From positions 2,786 to 46,714 of the forward strand of contig JBDGYW010000002.1 in the NCBI GenBank assembly GCA_039588935.1: a stretch of DNA of 43,929 bases, written 5' to 3'. Below the pieces are notes generated by a model. It saw only the letters and a list, made by a program, of their open reading frames with translations, was not told the DNA's origin and did no database searches. Position numbers and translations under genes: made by a program. Below, piece after piece: positions 41,201-43,929 of the stretch (positions within the stretch are counted from its first letter, which is position 1; every line of letters starts with the position of its first letter). The stretch is from Gemmatimonadota bacterium. GTDB lineage: Bacteria; Gemmatimonadota; Gemmatimonadetes; Gemmatimonadales; GWC2-71-9.

Positions 41201-41852
41201 TGCGCGTGACGGGGTCAAAAGTTTCCTGGACCCCCCGCTTGGCGACGTTGGACGCAAACCACCGGCTGGCGGCATTCCTGGCCACCCCGTGGCGCATCTC
41301 CAGCTCGACGGCTTCAGCGAAGCCTTCGGGCGGATCAGACACCCACCCAGCGACCTTCTCAGCCACCCGAGCCCGGCGGCCGGGCTGGACCTCGCCGAGG
41401 AAGCGGGCGGCCTGCTCTCCCTCAATCAGGTCAGCGCCCATCGCGCGGCTGCGGATGGTGGGCATGACCTCTCGGAAGTGTTCAGCCTTCTCCAGCGTCT
41501 TCGCGGCAGCACCAGTTCCCCTGGCCACCTTGGTCGCCGCTGTTCCAATCTTGGCGATCGGCACGGCGAGCAGCAGATAGTCCAAGGTGGTCCAGATGGG
41601 ATCCTCCTTGAAGGACTCGCCAATGTTGGACACACTCCAATCCCAGGACTTGGTTTCCGGATCGCGCCGGAACCCAAACGACTTCACCAGCTCGTGGACC
41701 AATCCGCCGGCCTCGAAGTTGCCATCCGAGTCGTGGTTGGCGATCTCACCAGACCGCCAGTCCACGGTCTCGAAGTCCTCCCCTCCAAACACGCCGTACT
41801 GCGCGAGTTCGGCTTCGGTCTCCTGGAGGAGGTTGTAGTCGAAGTTGGGCAC
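38223..41852 (-). CDS. Large internal-virion / ejection-type protein (1209 aa; T7 gp16-like by size and position only)
   Basis: It is the longest ORF in the window. GTG 41852 forms a TAGTG overlap with the upstream stop. I see no polymerase or transglycosylase motif. Confidence 0.6.
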   Translation of the reverse strand: MPNFDYNLLQETEAELAQYGVFGGEDFETVDWRSGEIANHDSDGNFEAGGLVHELVKSFGFRRDPETKSWDWSVSNIGESFKEDPIWTTLDYLLLAVPIAKIGTAATKVARGTGAAAKTLEKAEHFREVMPTIRSRAMGADLIEGEQAARFLGEVQPGRRARVAEKVAGWVSDPPEGFAEAVELEMRHGVARNAASRWFASNVAKRGVQETFDPVTRTFASHVDPEWENLIKTSGGGDPFERRALYDVMAREAASERTMYERMGEELIRMENKVLKTDEQKAAFGLALERGEAPEDILRAFGKDEGYLAAKLTDFRLRIHEKSHNLGLISDETYEWGLEKYWPRVWKEMEEARVIEAAAAGRKFGAATGAGGRQAGRRFQHRRKLTPEEADMLDATEGAMNRAIDPAAGVSALMEAGSFVAGQAFLQRMAGSTLVADGSTLIDNIVDLARGTPADELDAALKQRFFRTYPKRNIDQILREVDYARAEGKALSRTATEELVEKVLGWRKIDDALKAAGVKGYMSRVPPGMKGKYVDPTLARDLAGMGAFVEALPAAVRQVYMTAMTHFKASKTAYNPATHIRNWFGAFVFHHLTVGGIGPMGTGFRRGWKALYAGSKPHADPDAYRDFEHIMEAGFANSSFDREIHDTIRKGLDIGADDAKRVTALDWLKVIPGLKESKALEKGLDVASWAERKYRFVDELAKADAFLVLRDRYVKALTKEAAAAAKVGESIKGAAIKADGKWYRGRTHGEAFDKAFDATPGGNVRNLEDDWFVTSKGRYVRRAEASQIAKAADQLPATGTRVVVEGKTTDLPDAILAEAIQRPGTASRADAIMMEARGRAAAEVVKYQPVFHQNSPFTNMVRNAIPFSSFTTEALRVWKNAMVEKPHWAFFYNHMAEAMSQMLGAVAGFDTADLEAAKSALPEYAQNKKMVVLPFRVDGKPTFLDLSYMLPMGNLNESAAVEASFFDRVHMDPFSANPFLSFGYALKTGKDPFSGQPIEPRFMEQQLGLDVPTKGMGRKALGMAEHTMKMALPPLLPPGYAGMNLYELARGQKHPVSGAQLEDGVLRTVAANALGLRTYEADVSAQLLNVRREKRRLQDEVSVQWRRWQFGHANGKVGMMDESLEEIRQLRIRLGDDDKAVNKYLLQGVKRREAGKWRGVSTRHIEEVMERSKGIMTKGPEDLKMMSELSARYKERALRTRAGKEALAE

Positions 41853-43129
41853 TACTGATTGGTTCCTTCGAATGTCTCTCGCAGGGCCTCTTCAGCCGGA
41901 GTACCGGCCTTACCGGCCTCAACCGCACGTGTCACAGTGCCGCCGCCGCCAATGTTTACGAGGCCTTCGATGTAGCCAATAGAATCTGTCCACTCCCGAG
42001 CTGTCTTGTAGATGAGGTGCTCAAGGCCTTCAAGGGAGTTAGCGTAGGCTGTTCGTTCAACAGCATTCCGAGTTGCGCGGTCGGTGTTCACTACCAACAG
42101 GCGGTGGGTTTGCTCACGTCTCAGATCCTTATCAGCGCCGGGCACTCCGCGAGCAACTTCCTCTTCTGCCCTCTTGATGCGCTGGTCCGTTTGCATCAGC
42201 TCAGCCCGAACGTCCTTCTCATACCCGGCATAACGATCGCTCCACAAGGCGAAGTCTTCTCCGGTGAAGTTGGTTCCTTCACCAGCCGCCTTGTTCCACA
42301 TCTCCGCCACCCGGTCCATTGGGAGACCTAGAGCACTGGCTTTGGACGCCAGGTTGACAACAACTCCAAGTTCCTCCACCCGCTGGGCGTGGGTCATGCG
42401 GTCGGCGTTCTGCTGGGCAACGGATAGTTGTCCGAGTCCAAGCTCCCTGCGAAGATCTAGTGACTCTTCGTCAGTGACAACGCGACGCTCCTCCAACTGC
42501 AACCTCTCCCGACTAATGTCCTGGGCTCCACGTGCGATTCCTTCCTGAGCGCGGTGATGTCGCACCATCTCTTCCTGAGCAGCTTCAGCTGTGGTGGCTC
42601 CACGCTCCCGAACCGCCAGCTCACCCTCGCCGAGTTCCCTGGTTGTTTCCGCGCGGAACGCAGCGATGTCGGTGTTCATCATGTTGGCGATAGCATTCAT
42701 GCCGGCGTGCGCTCTTTCCAAGCCAACGCTCTGTTGCTGCGTCGCCTGTTGAGCGATGGTGCCAAGTCCCTTTGTGAGGTATCGGTTGGTGGGGTACTTG
42801 GAGATTGAGGCAGCCACAATGTCTTTCTTCTTGTCCAGAAGCTCAACCTGCTTGGCTGTGGCCCCGTACATGGCACCACCGAGATCCTTGGCAGAGACGA
42901 ACTCACCCTTGCGAATCTTCTCGTTCTCAATCTCCAAGGCTTGACGAGCAATGGCCATCTCGTTGTCGATCGCATCCAGCTGTGGTTGAAGCTCCTCCAT
43001 CACTGTTGCAAACTCCTGCTGCTGCCTTCGGTTCTCGACAGCCAGGCCAATCTGCTTCCCCATCTTCATGCCTGTTTCCAGGCCTTGGAACATTGCCTCA
43101 GTGGGATTGGTCGGCTTTTGGATTGCCAT
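41852..43129 (-). CDS. Coiled-coil internal-virion-type protein (425 aa)
   Basis: ATG 43129 lies 8 nt after AGGAG. The sequence is a long Gln/Glu/Arg/Ala-rich helix. Confidence 0.6.
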   Translation of the reverse strand: MAIQKPTNPTEAMFQGLETGMKMGKQIGLAVENRRQQQEFATVMEELQPQLDAIDNEMAIARQALEIENEKIRKGEFVSAKDLGGAMYGATAKQVELLDKKKDIVAASISKYPTNRYLTKGLGTIAQQATQQQSVGLERAHAGMNAIANMMNTDIAAFRAETTRELGEGELAVRERGATTAEAAQEEMVRHHRAQEGIARGAQDISRERLQLEERRVVTDEESLDLRRELGLGQLSVAQQNADRMTHAQRVEELGVVVNLASKASALGLPMDRVAEMWNKAAGEGTNFTGEDFALWSDRYAGYEKDVRAELMQTDQRIKRAEEEVARGVPGADKDLRREQTHRLLVVNTDRATRNAVERTAYANSLEGLEHLIYKTAREWTDSIGYIEGLVNIGGGGTVTRAVEAGKAGTPAEEALRETFEGTNQ

Positions 43130-43140
43130 TCAGACGTCTC

Positions 43141-43926
43141 CTAGAAATCAGTTGTTGCTGCGGTACCCGCCAGCAGTGCCGCACCAGCCACTGCACCCAC
43201 GCCACCCGCGAATGCACCAGCCACAGTGGCGACCACGCCCACAGCGAGGGAAACCCAATCGGTCTCCTGCGAGGCGTCAAGTTGTCGCTGAGCTGTCTGG
43301 GCCTGAACTGCGGTGGCGTAACCAGTGCCGGCGATGCTGGACATCGCGCCAGCCATCTGTCCGCCGAGCGCCATCGCTGACTGTGTAAGCGAGGTGCTGA
43401 GTTTGAGGTAGGTCTCATTCACCCAAGGTCGGTTGTTGATCCAGGCGTCGGCAGCGTTCACGGAGTTCAATGCCCACTGCGGAGCGTTCTCTTCGTAGAA
43501 CTTCCGAGCGTCCCCAATGATGGAAGCCCGCGCCATGCCCATCTGTGCGTTGAGGTTGGCGCGTGCGGTGCCAAATGTCTCAGCCGTTCTAGCAGCAACA
43601 GCTGCCTCGGCTCCCGGCATTCGCATCCCGCCGCCGGCTAAACCGAGGTCTCGCTGTTGACGATACGCAGCACGCTCTGAGGTTGCTAGAGTTTGCTGCC
43701 CCTTCTCTTCGGCGTAGTCGATCTGTGCGAGCGGAGCTTCGGTGATCGAGCTGATCAGACGCTGGGACTCCTCGCTCTCCGGGTCAAGCAGCTGCTCGCC
43801 ACGGTACACCAGGCCGCCGACGATCTGGCTCATGGGGCTGGACATCTCGCCCAGCGGGTCCGTGCGCTGCACGCCGGTTCCCTTGAACTTGCCGGTGCCG
43901 GGGATCTTCTCGCGGAACTCCGCCAT
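43141..43926 (-). CDS. Virion-module protein with a C-terminal Gly/Ala-rich hydrophobic segment (261 aa; start 3 nt from the window edge)
   Basis: The C-terminus is WVSLAVGVVATVAGAFAGGVGAVAGAALLAGTAATTDF. The upstream context is not visible, so the start is unverified. Confidence 0.55.
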   Translation of the reverse strand: MAEFREKIPGTGKFKGTGVQRTDPLGEMSSPMSQIVGGLVYRGEQLLDPESEESQRLISSITEAPLAQIDYAEEKGQQTLATSERAAYRQQRDLGLAGGGMRMPGAEAAVAARTAETFGTARANLNAQMGMARASIIGDARKFYEENAPQWALNSVNAADAWINNRPWVNETYLKLSTSLTQSAMALGGQMAGAMSSIAGTGYATAVQAQTAQRQLDASQETDWVSLAVGVVATVAGAFAGGVGAVAGAALLAGTAATTDF

Positions 43927-43929
43927 CGG

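Noticed and set aside
1-43929. The window being a complete circular genome joined at its ends
   Set aside because: Continuing the left-edge tail ORF across a hypothetical 1/43929 junction puts it in a different frame, running ~100 nt into the 43141..43926 gene before a stop. No terminal sequence overlap is visible. The window is therefore a slice of a longer molecule.
1-43929. tRNA, rRNA, CRISPR arrays, transposases or IS elements
   Set aside because: I found no T-loop-like GGTTCGA/GTTCAAATCC segments, no regularly spaced repeat-spacer arrays and no transposase-like ORFs. A tRNAscan-type or covariance-model run would be needed to be certain about small RNAs.

Overview
The whole 43.9-kb window reads as GC-rich bacteriophage DNA. 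Shine-Dalgarno sites are strong (AAGGAG/GGAGG) and ATGA/TGATG stop-start overlaps are common. There are three transcription arms.

(1) A leftward virion, lysis and packaging arm runs from 18543 to base 1 and continues past the left edge. In order it encodes two very basic small proteins, four tandem paralogous ~105-aa proteins, a LamG-type fibre and a second tail fibre, and TerS. A lysis-type cassette follows, then TerL, portal, scaffold, major capsid, an adaptor-like protein and a large tail protein.

(2) A rightward arm runs 19098-37628. It starts with small early genes (DUF932, a mini kinase-like protein, a Cys-rich protein). It continues with a T7-type replisome in T7 order: gp2.5-like SSB, endonuclease I, HNH endonuclease, gp4-like primase-helicase, family-A DNA polymerase and a gp6-like 5'-3' exonuclease. 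dNTP-metabolism-like genes, a tyrosine integrase and a bidirectional terminator follow. This arm is interrupted by a six-gene leftward island (25716->24104) encoding membrane/secreted and zinc-finger proteins. The island is bounded by an AT-rich, palindrome-rich control region.

(3) A leftward arm enters from the right edge (43926->37703). It encodes 261-, 425- and 1209-aa internal-virion/ejection-like proteins and two more extremely basic small proteins.

I recognised no rRNA, tRNA, CRISPR array, transposase, single-subunit RNA polymerase or CI/Cro-type HTH repressor.

The observations most worth follow-up are:
- the reverse-oriented island and its control region;
- the duplicated two-gene cassette of small paralogs;
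- the protamine-like proteins at both virion-arm ends;
- three 22-bp-phased operator-like repeats;
- a conserved hairpin-containing leader upstream of two late genes;
- a minimal kinase-like ORF;
- a sigma region-2-only protein.

All functional calls come from motif recognition by eye and gene order. No database search was run.
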